A program made the position numbers and the translations under genes. The notes under the pieces were generated by a model. That model did no database searches, was not told where the DNA came from, and saw only the letters and a list, made by a program, of their open reading frames with translations. Shown here one piece after another: positions 7,676 through 16,038 of a DNA stretch of 37,392 nucleotides (position 1 is its first letter; each line of letters opens with the position of its first letter). Source of the stretch: a virus; IMG/VR virus record IMGVR_UViG_3300037479_000222, positions 1 to 37,392 of that record; one strand, written 5' to 3'.

Positions 7676-7847
7676 TTGGGAGACATTCAGGATGCGCCGT
7701 GATCGCAAAGATAAAAAGCGCCGCGAAAGGCTCTTGATCAAACTTCAGAAGGCCCAGGCGATTGAGAAGCGCGAAGAAGTTGAAAGCCTTCCGACTTGGG
7801 GCCGTCGCTTCGGTCGAGTTTGCCGCTTGCGCTCAGAGAGACATTGA
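7668..7847 (+). CDS. Hypothetical basic 59-aa protein
   Basis: Translation is MTNWETFRMRRDRKDKKRRERLLIKLQKAQAIEKREEVESLPTWGRRFGRVCRLRSERH. It overlaps the upstream stop by 8 nt and is not in the track. Confidence 0.4.
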   Translation: MTNWETFRMRRDRKDKKRRERLLIKLQKAQAIEKREEVESLPTWGRRFGRVCRLRSERH

Positions 7848-8050
7848 AAGCTCTCCCTCTCCGGTCGCGCGCCCATCGGGGAGGGAAGTAAATGGGGCGC
7901 ATTGGTCTTTGAATCTATATCGGGAAGGAATCCCGCCGTGTTGTTCTTACAACTTGGTCTTGAGCACTGTAATCAAGAAAAGCAAATCGGAGTGATCCTC
8001 CGTCACGGCAGGATAAATCAATCAACAATCTCAACTCACCGGAGACACCC

Positions 8051-8290
8051 ATGAATATTTACGATAGATCGAACGCCCCAACGACAATCTTGGCTGAGCG
8101 CCAGCATCACATAAACGCGACATTAGGTGGGAACAAAATCATTCGTGATTACTACCGGACGCAATATCTAACAGGGGAGAGAGTCACGCGATTACTTCCT
8201 CGAAAGACCTGGCGCAGAGTCACGATGAACTTGATTCGGGAGAAAACAAAGAGGCTGCGGCGATTGCTCACCACAGCCCTGAGTGTTTAG
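8051..8290 (+). CDS. Hypothetical basic protein, 79 aa
   Basis: The ATG follows a GGAG. It is the only sizeable ORF in this interval. Confidence 0.5.
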   Translation: MNIYDRSNAPTTILAERQHHINATLGGNKIIRDYYRTQYLTGERVTRLLPRKTWRRVTMNLIREKTKRLRRLLTTALSV

Positions 8291-8335
8291 CGATATTGAT
8301 AACTAATTCTAGCCAACCGAAAGGAGATTTCAAAT

Positions 8336-9271
8336 ATGAGCCAATCAACAGCAATTCAGAAGACAGAAGACAGGGACAGAATCATGGAACGAGTAATAGC
8401 GCAGGGCGACTTGTCCGCGCTTACGCCAGAGCAAAGAGTTTCTTATTACAACGCCGTATGTCAATCACTCGGGGTCAACCCTCTGACCAGACCGTTTGAA
8501 TACATCGTACTGGATGGCAAATTGACGCTCTATGCCCGCAAAGACTGCACGGAGCAATTGCGCAAACTCAACGGCGTGTCGATTTGGAAAACAGAACAGA
8601 GAGAAGAGGCCGATTGTTGGATAGTCACGGCCTACGCAAAAACCTCTGATGGCCGCGAAGATATTGACGATGGCGTGGTCTACATCAAAGGCCAGCTTGG
8701 CCCCACCAGAGCCAACGCGATCATGAAAGCCATCACCAAAGCCAAACGCCGCGTGACTCTTTCAATCTGCGGCTTGGGCTTTCTTGATGAAAGCGAGATT
8801 GACTCGATCCCCGGAGCGCAGCAAATAGCTTCTCCTGAAGATGACGCCGTAATGACTGAGCAAGAAGCTCTGACGCTTCAGCACAGAGCCAGCGGTCTCG
8901 ACCAATGGAAATGCGGCAGAGCTTTGGCCATGCAGATAATCACGCTCTGTACCAATCACAAAGCCAAGGGCATGACCGATGACATCATCAAGTCATGGCT
9001 TCCGGCCGGCGTGACTTCTCGAAAAGACCTTGACGAAGGGGAAGCTCGATACTTCATCGCCAATCTGGAGCGAAGGCTTGAACTGTTCAATGTGTGCGGA
9101 GAATTGGCCGTGAAGGGCGTTGACAGCGAGACCATGAAAGGCCGTCTCCCCAGCGGCGTTCAATCCCTCAAAGACCTGAGCCTGCCACAAGTCGAAGAGG
9201 CTTTAAAAGCCTTCACCCACTGGCTCAAAACTTACAACGAAGTTGTGGAAGGGAGTGTGATCAATGGCTAA
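8336..9271 (+). CDS. Single-strand annealing recombinase (RecT/Redbeta/ERF-type; family unresolved), 311 aa
   Basis: The core LTLYARKDCTEQLRKLNG...ANAIMKAITKAKRRVTLSICGLGFLDESE resembles phage SSAPs. The C terminus carries a duplicated unit (WLPAGVTSRKDLDEGEA / RLPSGVQSLKDLSLPQV). An AAGGAG SD is present. Confidence 0.6.
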   Translation: MSQSTAIQKTEDRDRIMERVIAQGDLSALTPEQRVSYYNAVCQSLGVNPLTRPFEYIVLDGKLTLYARKDCTEQLRKLNGVSIWKTEQREEADCWIVTAYAKTSDGREDIDDGVVYIKGQLGPTRANAIMKAITKAKRRVTLSICGLGFLDESEIDSIPGAQQIASPEDDAVMTEQEALTLQHRASGLDQWKCGRALAMQIITLCTNHKAKGMTDDIIKSWLPAGVTSRKDLDEGEARYFIANLERRLELFNVCGELAVKGVDSETMKGRLPSGVQSLKDLSLPQVEEALKAFTHWLKTYNEVVEGSVING

Positions 9272-9536
9272 ATTTACTAAAGGACCGTGGACAGTTCATC
9301 TCGCGCAAACAGTTTCTATACGTCCTGTTAACTCAGACACGTTGATCGCTCGCTGTTTTGGAGCGTACGCGAAAGCTGAAGCCAATGCTCGCTTGATTGC
9401 TCTTACGCCTGAATTAGCGGAAGCCTGCATAGTTGCGCTTGTTCTCATTGAAGACGGCGCGGTTCGGACGGCGGCGGACAGATTGCGCGCAATAGTTGCC
9501 AAAATCGAAGGAAAGGAGGTCGCCACCAATGGCTAG
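9264..9536 (+). CDS. GPW/ANA-LIA family paralog 1, 90 aa
   Basis: Motifs are MAKFTKGPWTV...EANARLIALTPELAEA. The start ATGGCTAA overlaps the upstream stop. Confidence 0.75.
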   Translation: MAKFTKGPWTVHLAQTVSIRPVNSDTLIARCFGAYAKAEANARLIALTPELAEACIVALVLIEDGAVRTAADRLRAIVAKIEGKEVATNG

Positions 9537-10032
9537 ATTCAATGAAAAATGGTCGAAGGGAAAACAGGGCGGAACTGTGGTTTCGGATGCCCGAGCTAAA
9601 TTTACCATTCCCGATGGGCGTAGCCACAACGATGTTGACTACTACGGGGGCTATCTAGTCGCTGAATCCATCCCGAAGCAAGAGTACGTCAACCTGATCG
9701 CCCTGGCGCCGGATCTTTACAACAAACTCGAAGAGATAGAGCGGGTAATTGCCGAATGGCCAACGCTTCATGCTGATGGCGATTATCTACATGGCTGGAT
9801 TCTTAACTCAATCCGTGAACTGTTGAATCAAGTGGGCAAGGAAATAAAGCCACAGCCTGACGCTGTTGGCGAATTGGCCCAATCCTGCCAGCGGCTTAGA
9901 GAGATCATTCGCAATGAATTTAGCTCTGATGGTCAGAACTGGCAGGCAATCAAAAAGTATCAGGCCGATGTCGATCAGGCACTTGTCGCAATTCGCAACG
10001 TACGCGGAGAAAGCGAGGGGCAACATGGCTAA
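9529..10032 (+). CDS. GPW/ANA-LIA family paralog 2 (divergent), 167 aa
   Basis: Motifs are MARFNEKW...VNLIALAPDLYNKLEE. ATG at 9529 follows GGAAAGGAGG, and the start ATGGCTAG overlaps the upstream stop. Confidence 0.75.
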   Translation: MARFNEKWSKGKQGGTVVSDARAKFTIPDGRSHNDVDYYGGYLVAESIPKQEYVNLIALAPDLYNKLEEIERVIAEWPTLHADGDYLHGWILNSIRELLNQVGKEIKPQPDAVGELAQSCQRLREIIRNEFSSDGQNWQAIKKYQADVDQALVAIRNVRGESEGQHG

Positions 10033-10405
10033 TCACACACCGGGGCCGTGGCATATCAGATTGAATCCCGACACGGACGAATCGCTTAGGGCGTTTGCCG
10101 ACGAAAATTATCAAATTAGCGGTCAACCGAACGCCGCGCCGTGGATTGCTGAAACGTTTGGCGGATTGCGAGAAGGAGTAGCCGAAGCCAATGCCCATCT
10201 AATCGCCCGCGCCCCTTCAATGCTGGCCCTTCTCGAAAGGGCTTTGCCGATTATCGAAAGAGAGGCAGACGCCCGATGTGACGCCATGCAACAAAACGGA
10301 CTCACTACAGATAATTCCGCCTATTGGATTGAAATGGTTGAACTCAAACGCGAGATTCAAACCGAGATCGATAAGGTGAGAGGGAAGGAGGTCAAAGATG
10401 TCTGA
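10025..10405 (+). CDS. GPW/ANA-LIA family paralog 3, 126 aa
   Basis: Motifs are MANHTPGPWHI...EANAHLIARAPSMLALLERA. The start ATGGCTAA overlaps the upstream stop. Confidence 0.75.
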   Translation: MANHTPGPWHIRLNPDTDESLRAFADENYQISGQPNAAPWIAETFGGLREGVAEANAHLIARAPSMLALLERALPIIEREADARCDAMQQNGLTTDNSAYWIEMVELKREIQTEIDKVRGKEVKDV

Positions 10406-10628
10406 ACCATTCGACCTAATTGACTTGCTGAAGTTCCCAACCGTTCGCATCACCATTGGGCATGTCGGCTATCTGTGGATGTGCCACGTCAGCGGAAATT
10501 GGAATGTCTATTCAGCGAAGAAAAGTCGATCAACTGTTCATATCGTTGTCTCTACGCCGAATATCAATGAGGCCATTGCTGTGTTTGTCAAAGAGGCTGG
10601 AATCACCAAGGAGGACGCATATGGTTGA
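10398..10628 (+). CDS. Hypothetical protein, 76 aa
   Basis: The start forms an ATGTCTGA overlap with the upstream stop. The gene ends 8 nt inside the next gene. Confidence 0.6.
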   Translation: MSEPFDLIDLLKFPTVRITIGHVGYLWMCHVSGNWNVYSAKKSRSTVHIVVSTPNINEAIAVFVKEAGITKEDAYG

Positions 10629-11526
10629 CTTCGCAAAACTCATTGCTCAAAAGCGAGAGCAATACAATATCGAGAACAGGCCAAAAGCCCATCCCACTGT
10701 GTCTATCTCTGTCGCCGGCAGTGATTATGCAATCAAGTTCGGTTACGACGCGGCCCTACTGAAGAAGCTCAAAGATGCAATTCCCGAATCAGAGCGGACT
10801 TGGCACAAGACTCAAAAAGTCTGGCTTATCTCTCCCGATGAAATTGGGATGGCAATCAACGTCATCCGACTTCATACAGGCTACCCATTGGATTTGCCCG
10901 TTGAGAAGCCACAAGCCCCCGAGGTCTTAGAGAAAACATTCTTACTCGAATACCTGGGCGCAACGAAAGACCGGGGCAAAATCAAATCGGCTTACGGCTC
11001 AGTCAATAGGCAATGGGCTTCTGAATTTCCTGAAGAGGTCTTGAAAAACTTCTTTGAGGGGAGGGAAGCTGATCAATCGCCGTCAGGTCTTCAGACGCTT
11101 TATCAAGTCCTGTGTGTTTTGGAGAAGACCACACCGGAAGAGATCAAGAAAGCCTACAGGCGGCTATCTCTGCAATGGCATCCCGACGTGTGCAAAGAAC
11201 CCGACGCGCAAGAGATGTTTGTCAAAATCAATAGCGCCTACAAGGTCTTGAGCGACCCCGAACAGAAGAGACGCTATGACGCCGGGTTGTATTTCGAGAG
11301 GCAGAGCCATGAGCAAGACATGAGTATCAGGGTTTCGCGCTACACAGGCTATGGCTATCGCGCTCCTCTTCGATGTGGCCAGATCACGGCCAGAGGGACA
11401 GTTAGGCTCATGCGCTTTGTCGTTCAAGAAATCCTCAAGTGGGATGACATCACAAACGGAGAAGGCAAAACGATGGTCAGCCAATGGCCGACCGGAGCGG
11501 ACACTTTTCAAATTCTTTGGGTTTAA
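10621..11526 (+). CDS. J-domain (DnaJ-like) protein, 301 aa
   Basis: The J domain is LYQVLCVLEKTTPEEIKKAYRRLSLQWHPDVCKEPDAQEMFVKINSAYKVLSDPEQKRRYD, with the HPD triplet. ATG at 10621 follows AAGGAGG (the track ORF begins earlier, overlapping 10398..10628 out of frame). Confidence 0.8.
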   Translation: MVDFAKLIAQKREQYNIENRPKAHPTVSISVAGSDYAIKFGYDAALLKKLKDAIPESERTWHKTQKVWLISPDEIGMAINVIRLHTGYPLDLPVEKPQAPEVLEKTFLLEYLGATKDRGKIKSAYGSVNRQWASEFPEEVLKNFFEGREADQSPSGLQTLYQVLCVLEKTTPEEIKKAYRRLSLQWHPDVCKEPDAQEMFVKINSAYKVLSDPEQKRRYDAGLYFERQSHEQDMSIRVSRYTGYGYRAPLRCGQITARGTVRLMRFVVQEILKWDDITNGEGKTMVSQWPTGADTFQILWV

Positions 11527-11530
11527 TTCG

Positions 11531-12139
11531 ATGATCGCATTGCTTGATACAAGCCATGACCTGAGCCAAGCGGAGCAAGAATTGGGTTGCCCTGTCGAAC
11601 AACTCTTAACGCCGGCTCCGGGTTTTCGGCCCCAACATCCTTTCGCTCGCTTTGCGATTGATAACGGCGCCTTTGCCGGATTCAACCGCAAAAGATTCTT
11701 GAGCCTGTTGGAGCGCGAGCGTCCTAGGCGCCATCTTTGCCGATTCGTTGCCGTTCCCGATGTCGTTGCTTCGGCCCGTAGAACGCTTGAAGTTTTCGAC
11801 CGATGGTATGAGCAAATCAGTCAATGGCCGCTGGCTCTTGTCGCTCAGGACGGTCAAGAGGATTTGCCTATTCCGTGGGATTTCATTTCAGCAATCTTTA
11901 TTGGCGGATCAACCGAATGGAAACTGAGCAATCAAGCCAAAGATGTAATCAAGGCGGCACAGGCTCTTGATAAATGGGTTCATGCTGGTCGAGTCAACAC
12001 GCCCGCCCGCTTTGAATACTTCGATTCGCTTGGCGTTGATTCGATAGATGGCACAGGTCTGGCCCGTTATTCATGGATGCGAGAACGAATTTTCAGAGAT
12101 CAACACGAACCGAAATTATTTATGGAGGCTAAATCATGA
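11531..12139 (+). CDS. Hypothetical protein, 202 aa; possible TIM-barrel transglycosylase (TGT/DpdA-like), function uncertain
   Basis: The pattern FAIDNGAF ... VAVPDVV ... IFIGGSTEWK ... VHAGRVNT ... VDSIDGTGLARYSW recalls queuine/archaeosine-TGT-like DNA transglycosylases. The start is uncertain because there is no SD. Confidence 0.6.
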   Translation: MIALLDTSHDLSQAEQELGCPVEQLLTPAPGFRPQHPFARFAIDNGAFAGFNRKRFLSLLERERPRRHLCRFVAVPDVVASARRTLEVFDRWYEQISQWPLALVAQDGQEDLPIPWDFISAIFIGGSTEWKLSNQAKDVIKAAQALDKWVHAGRVNTPARFEYFDSLGVDSIDGTGLARYSWMRERIFRDQHEPKLFMEAKS

Positions 12140-12480
12140 CCAGACACGAACTAGCAGACGCAATGCTGAAGGGAAAGAACACGCCGGGAGTAGTCGAGCA
12201 TTCTGGATATTACTTGGAGCGTTCCCCTTTGTGCTGGGCCTGCGCTCTCGGCTGCGCGGTAATCGGTTTCTACAACGGCGATTTTCACAAGGCTGAAACG
12301 GAGCTTGAAAAAGCGGGATGCTTTGAATGGGAGTGTGATGAGGTTGGTATCATATCTGGCCTGCTCACAATTCCGCGCCAGCTTGCTACCACAATTGAAC
12401 ACAAACACCTGAACGGCATGCCCATTCAACAAATCGCCGCATGGCTGAAGACTTCAGAAGAGGAGGGCGCCCATGTCTGA
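12136..12480 (+). CDS. Hypothetical protein, 114 aa
   Basis: ATGA overlap with the upstream gene and normal composition. Confidence 0.65.
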   Translation: MTRHELADAMLKGKNTPGVVEHSGYYLERSPLCWACALGCAVIGFYNGDFHKAETELEKAGCFEWECDEVGIISGLLTIPRQLATTIEHKHLNGMPIQQIAAWLKTSEEEGAHV

Positions 12481-13036
12481 CACCCAACTTGTTTATGGCT
12501 CACTTCAAGACGTGGCTCAGCGGGAAAAGAAAAGCGTAGCCGAGACTTTCTTATCTGTTGACGCCTTAGTGATGGTGGACACAAGCGGCTCAATGGCCAT
12601 GAACGATTGTCAGAATAATCGTTCTCGCTACGATCTGGCCTGCGAGCAATTGATCAGGCTTCAACGAGATCTGCCCGGAAAGGTCGGCGTGATCAGTTGG
12701 AATAGTTATCAAAACTTTTGCGCCGGAGGAATTCCGACATCTCCTTGTGGCGGGACAGACCTTGCGGGCGTTCTCAAATTCGTCAAGCCGGCTGATAACA
12801 CGTCAATCAAATTGATTCTGATTTCAGATGGCGAACCGGACGACGAAGACAAGGCTTTAAAGCTCGCCGGTCAATTCAAATCGAAGATTAGCTGTATCTA
12901 CATCGGCCCGGAGTCCGGCTATGGCCGCGAGTTCTTGCGCAAGCTCGCAATGGCCACAGGGGGAGTCTCGGTCAGTCAATCAGTTCAAGACATCGCCAAT
13001 CTTCAACAGACAGTCATAAAACTTTTAACGGCTTAA
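12473..13036 (+). CDS. von Willebrand factor type A (vWA) domain protein, 187 aa
   Basis: MIDAS-type DTSGSM, then GGTDLAGVL and LILISDGEPDDE. A GGAGGG SD is present. Confidence 0.8.
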   Translation: MSDTQLVYGSLQDVAQREKKSVAETFLSVDALVMVDTSGSMAMNDCQNNRSRYDLACEQLIRLQRDLPGKVGVISWNSYQNFCAGGIPTSPCGGTDLAGVLKFVKPADNTSIKLILISDGEPDDEDKALKLAGQFKSKISCIYIGPESGYGREFLRKLAMATGGVSVSQSVQDIANLQQTVIKLLTA

Positions 13037-13053
13037 ATAACAAAGGAGGATTC

Positions 13054-13347
13054 ATGGCCAAACTGATAATCACAATCGAAGAGAAAGCCCAATCAATTGA
13101 GAACAATCAAACTATGGTCGCCTTCGGAGTTACGCAAGATATGGTTTGGGAAGGCGCCGAAAAGTCGCTGCTTCCATCAATGGGACCAATACTCACAGAG
13201 CTTGTTCTAAAAGCGATTTCGCTTATTCAGCAATATAGTGGAGGGACTCTTCACAAGGCCGATGTTTGCGACAGATCAATCCCGCTCGAATCTCACATGG
13301 CCGAACTGAAGGCCGAACTGTCGCAACCATTTTCGTCAGAACTTTAA
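13054..13347 (+). CDS. Hypothetical protein, 97 aa
   Basis: An AAAGGAGG SD lies 5 nt before the ATG. Confidence 0.65.
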   Translation: MAKLIITIEEKAQSIENNQTMVAFGVTQDMVWEGAEKSLLPSMGPILTELVLKAISLIQQYSGGTLHKADVCDRSIPLESHMAELKAELSQPFSSEL

Positions 13348-13384
13348 ACACTCAATCACAACAATCGAAGGAGGCTTTTTAATC

Positions 13385-14032
13385 ATGGCATTCGAGTACA
13401 ACAACGATGATGAGATCATCATTTCCAACGAACAATTTTGGGAGACGCCGCCATGCGACCGGCATCCAGCCGTCTGCATTGATATTGTTCCGGTCGGAGA
13501 AGAAGAACAGGAATACACGGACAAGCAAACTGGGATTACTACCAAGAAAGATGTCCCGAAGGTCTTTCTCGTTTTCCAGGTCTTTCCCGAAGACGGATCG
13601 AGGGACAGCGAAGGCCGGCCATTCCTGATCGACAATAAATTCACGGCTTCACTTGCGCCTGCGGCGATTCTTCGATTGAAGCTCGAAAGATGGAGAGGTC
13701 GCATGGTCAATGGCAAGGTTGAAGATCGCCCCTTCACCAATGAAGAGCTAAAGGGCTTCAATTTGGCCAAACTGAAGGGCATTCCGTGCTGGCTGTCGCT
13801 GATTCCTAACGGAAAGTTTGTCAACGTGTCGGACATCGAGCCTTATGTTGACGACTCCGGCAAGCCAATAACACCCGCTCCGGCGCCAGATTATTCGGCC
13901 TATCAGCGCCGGACCTACAAGAAGAAAGCCAAGGGCGAGAAAGCAACACAATCAAGCAACCCTACCTCATCAGGGAGATTAGACCCAAATGCAAAAGCAG
14001 ACATGGCAACAAATCAATGGGTTCCCTTTTAA
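13385..14032 (+). CDS. Hypothetical protein, 215 aa; possibly an OB-fold ssDNA-binding (DUF669-like) protein
   Basis: A GAAGGAGG SD is present. The core is beta-rich with a basic, low-complexity tail, and the gene sits between the recombinase and primase genes. The function is a guess. Confidence 0.7.
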   Translation: MAFEYNNDDEIIISNEQFWETPPCDRHPAVCIDIVPVGEEEQEYTDKQTGITTKKDVPKVFLVFQVFPEDGSRDSEGRPFLIDNKFTASLAPAAILRLKLERWRGRMVNGKVEDRPFTNEELKGFNLAKLKGIPCWLSLIPNGKFVNVSDIEPYVDDSGKPITPAPAPDYSAYQRRTYKKKAKGEKATQSSNPTSSGRLDPNAKADMATNQWVPF

Positions 14033-15977
14033 CGGGAACATCAAACTTAAAGATGCGGCGTTGATCTATGTCGAAGCGGGATTTTCAATAATCCCGCTTC
14101 ACTGGATTACTCGCAATAGATGTTCTTGCGGGAGTCAGATGTGTAGTTCTCCCGCTAAACACCCTCTCACCCAACACGGCCTGAAAGACGCAAGCAATGA
14201 TCCCACCCAGGTCAAAGCATGGTGGAAGCAATATCCGAAAGCCAATATCGGCGTCTGTACAGGGCAACCAAGTAACGGCTTGACCGTGATTGATTTCGAT
14301 TTACAGAAGGGCGCCATATCGCAGGGTTTACAAGGTCTGGGCTTGCCCGCCACGCTCGAAGTCACAACGGGCAATGGTTTTCATCTGTGGTTTCGATCAG
14401 ATCAGGAAATCAGAAATTCAGTGGGGAAGTTGGGACAGGGAATTGATGTCAGGGGATGGGGTGGCTATGTGGTCGCCCCGCCTTCTATCCACCACTCAGG
14501 TCAGATTTATACATTCGCCAATCAAAACTCCATTCTTGATTTTCCGTCTGAGATACTGGCCAAACTTCAGCCCGAGCCTGAGCCGGAAGACCCGGGTTTA
14601 GTCTTGAGCTACAAATCAAACATGGCGGATTTCTTTCCAGACGGCCAAAGAGATGTTGCTCTCACTTCAATGGCGGGCAAGCTCAGGCGACAGGGCTTTT
14701 CTCAAGAAGAGATCGAAGCGGCTTTACTGACAGCGAATCAAAAGCGATGCAATCCGCCTTTGACTGACAGACAAGTCAAGAAGATTGCTCGAAGTGTAAG
14801 CCGTTATCAGCCGGCCCAACAGATCGATACTCAGATCGAAGATGAACCGGAATTGATTTTGAGCGATAGCGGCGCTGTTGATCCTGACGATCCCCAACAG
14901 CCGCCAGACCTATCGTCGAATGCTTCAGGTAAGGATCCGCTGATCGGGGCGATCACAACAGGTCAATTAAGAACGACAGTTTTTGGTAGACCTGAAATGG
15001 TCTTACAAGGATTGTTCAGAAGCGATTGGGGATTGGTGATCGGGATTGGCTCTGTAGGCAAGTCCGCATTTCTCGTCAATGTCTGCGTTTCCCTCGCATG
15101 CGGTAGGCCGTTTTTACCTGTCGTTCCTGAAGGCCAGCCGCCACGGCGGATTCTCTATTTGGATTTTGAGGGGAGTAATTGGAGGTGGCAAGAGCAAGTT
15201 GAAATATTAGGCGAAGCCTTTACGGATGAAGAAATGGCGCTTATTGATATCAACCTACATTGGGGTATTGAGCCGGAAGTTGATAATAAACCCCTACGAT
15301 TGAACGACAAAAAATCCCTTCAAAATCTAGCGGCTTATATCAAGCAACATAAGATAGATTTGCTTATCGTTGATACAATCGCCCAGGCCGTCAATTTGAG
15401 AGACGAGAACAGCAACGGCGAGGTTCAGCAAAACGTAGTTGTTCCGATCAGGCGCCTTACCAAGCATTGCGATGTCGCCGCTCTTCTTGTTCACCACGAA
15501 GGAAGGGGAAAAAATCAGAACAAAGTTCATGACTCTCAGTACCGTGGCCGCGGAGCTACGTCCCTGATGGATGCCTCGCGTTATCAAATCGCAATGATTC
15601 CATTTGATCCGGACAAGCGAGGCCCCACTAAAATCGTCAATGCTAAAAACAAAGGGTATGGGTTTGATGAGGTCGTTATGACTCTTGATGAAGATACCCG
15701 CTGGTTTTCGCCGTCTGAAGCCCCACCACCACCACCGGCGCCGAAAGTTGCGGATATGATTGTTGACGTTCTTAATCAGTCTAGCGCTGCAGGAATGACC
15801 CCCGATGAAATCTCAGGACTGATTATGGGCGTTACCAAACGGACCATTGAAAGAAGGCTGCCCGAACTACTCAAAAGTGGCCGCATAGTGAAGGTAAAAA
15901 CAGGGGTGTATAGGTCTGGAAGCCCCCCGGTTAGCGCCTCGCCCCCTGCAGAAGATTTCGACCTCGACACACCCTGA
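13989..15977 (+). CDS. Bifunctional primase-polymerase (PrimPol) / PriCT / RecA-like P-loop helicase replication protein, 662 aa
   Basis: The N-terminal PrimPol region reads IIPLH..KHPL..GLKDAS..NIGVCTG..VIDFD..TGNGFHLWF..GIDVRGWGGYVVAPPSIH. A PriCT-like segment (ALTSMAGKLRRQGFSQEEIEAALL) follows. Walker A is GIGSVGKS and Walker B is LLIVDT, and the C terminus is wHTH-like. Confidence 0.9.
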   Translation: MQKQTWQQINGFPFNGNIKLKDAALIYVEAGFSIIPLHWITRNRCSCGSQMCSSPAKHPLTQHGLKDASNDPTQVKAWWKQYPKANIGVCTGQPSNGLTVIDFDLQKGAISQGLQGLGLPATLEVTTGNGFHLWFRSDQEIRNSVGKLGQGIDVRGWGGYVVAPPSIHHSGQIYTFANQNSILDFPSEILAKLQPEPEPEDPGLVLSYKSNMADFFPDGQRDVALTSMAGKLRRQGFSQEEIEAALLTANQKRCNPPLTDRQVKKIARSVSRYQPAQQIDTQIEDEPELILSDSGAVDPDDPQQPPDLSSNASGKDPLIGAITTGQLRTTVFGRPEMVLQGLFRSDWGLVIGIGSVGKSAFLVNVCVSLACGRPFLPVVPEGQPPRRILYLDFEGSNWRWQEQVEILGEAFTDEEMALIDINLHWGIEPEVDNKPLRLNDKKSLQNLAAYIKQHKIDLLIVDTIAQAVNLRDENSNGEVQQNVVVPIRRLTKHCDVAALLVHHEGRGKNQNKVHDSQYRGRGATSLMDASRYQIAMIPFDPDKRGPTKIVNAKNKGYGFDEVVMTLDEDTRWFSPSEAPPPPPAPKVADMIVDVLNQSSAAGMTPDEISGLIMGVTKRTIERRLPELLKSGRIVKVKTGVYRSGSPPVSASPPAEDFDLDTP

Positions 15978-15982
15978 AAAAT

Positions 15983-16038
15983 ACAAGACCGACAGACCGA
16001 CACTCCCTATAAGGGAATGTCGGTGGTGTCGGTCTTGT
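15983..16038. repeat. Long imperfect inverted repeat built from GACCGACA / TGTCGGTC iterons; candidate replication origin and/or terminator hairpin
   Basis: Stems of 12+6+5 bp surround a 3-nt loop, starting 6 nt after the primase-helicase stop. There are 4 iteron copies inside and a fifth (TGTCGGTCT) at 16095-16103. GGGGGCG occurs twice at 16047-16053 and 16064-16070. Confidence 0.6.

Noticed and set aside
11164-11691. 175-aa - strand ORF.
   Set aside because: It is antisense across the J-domain gene end and the next gene start, within a uniformly + strand, translationally coupled block.
13336-13836. 166-aa - strand ORF.
   Set aside because: It is antisense to 13385..14032, with no SD and a Ser/Leu-rich composition.
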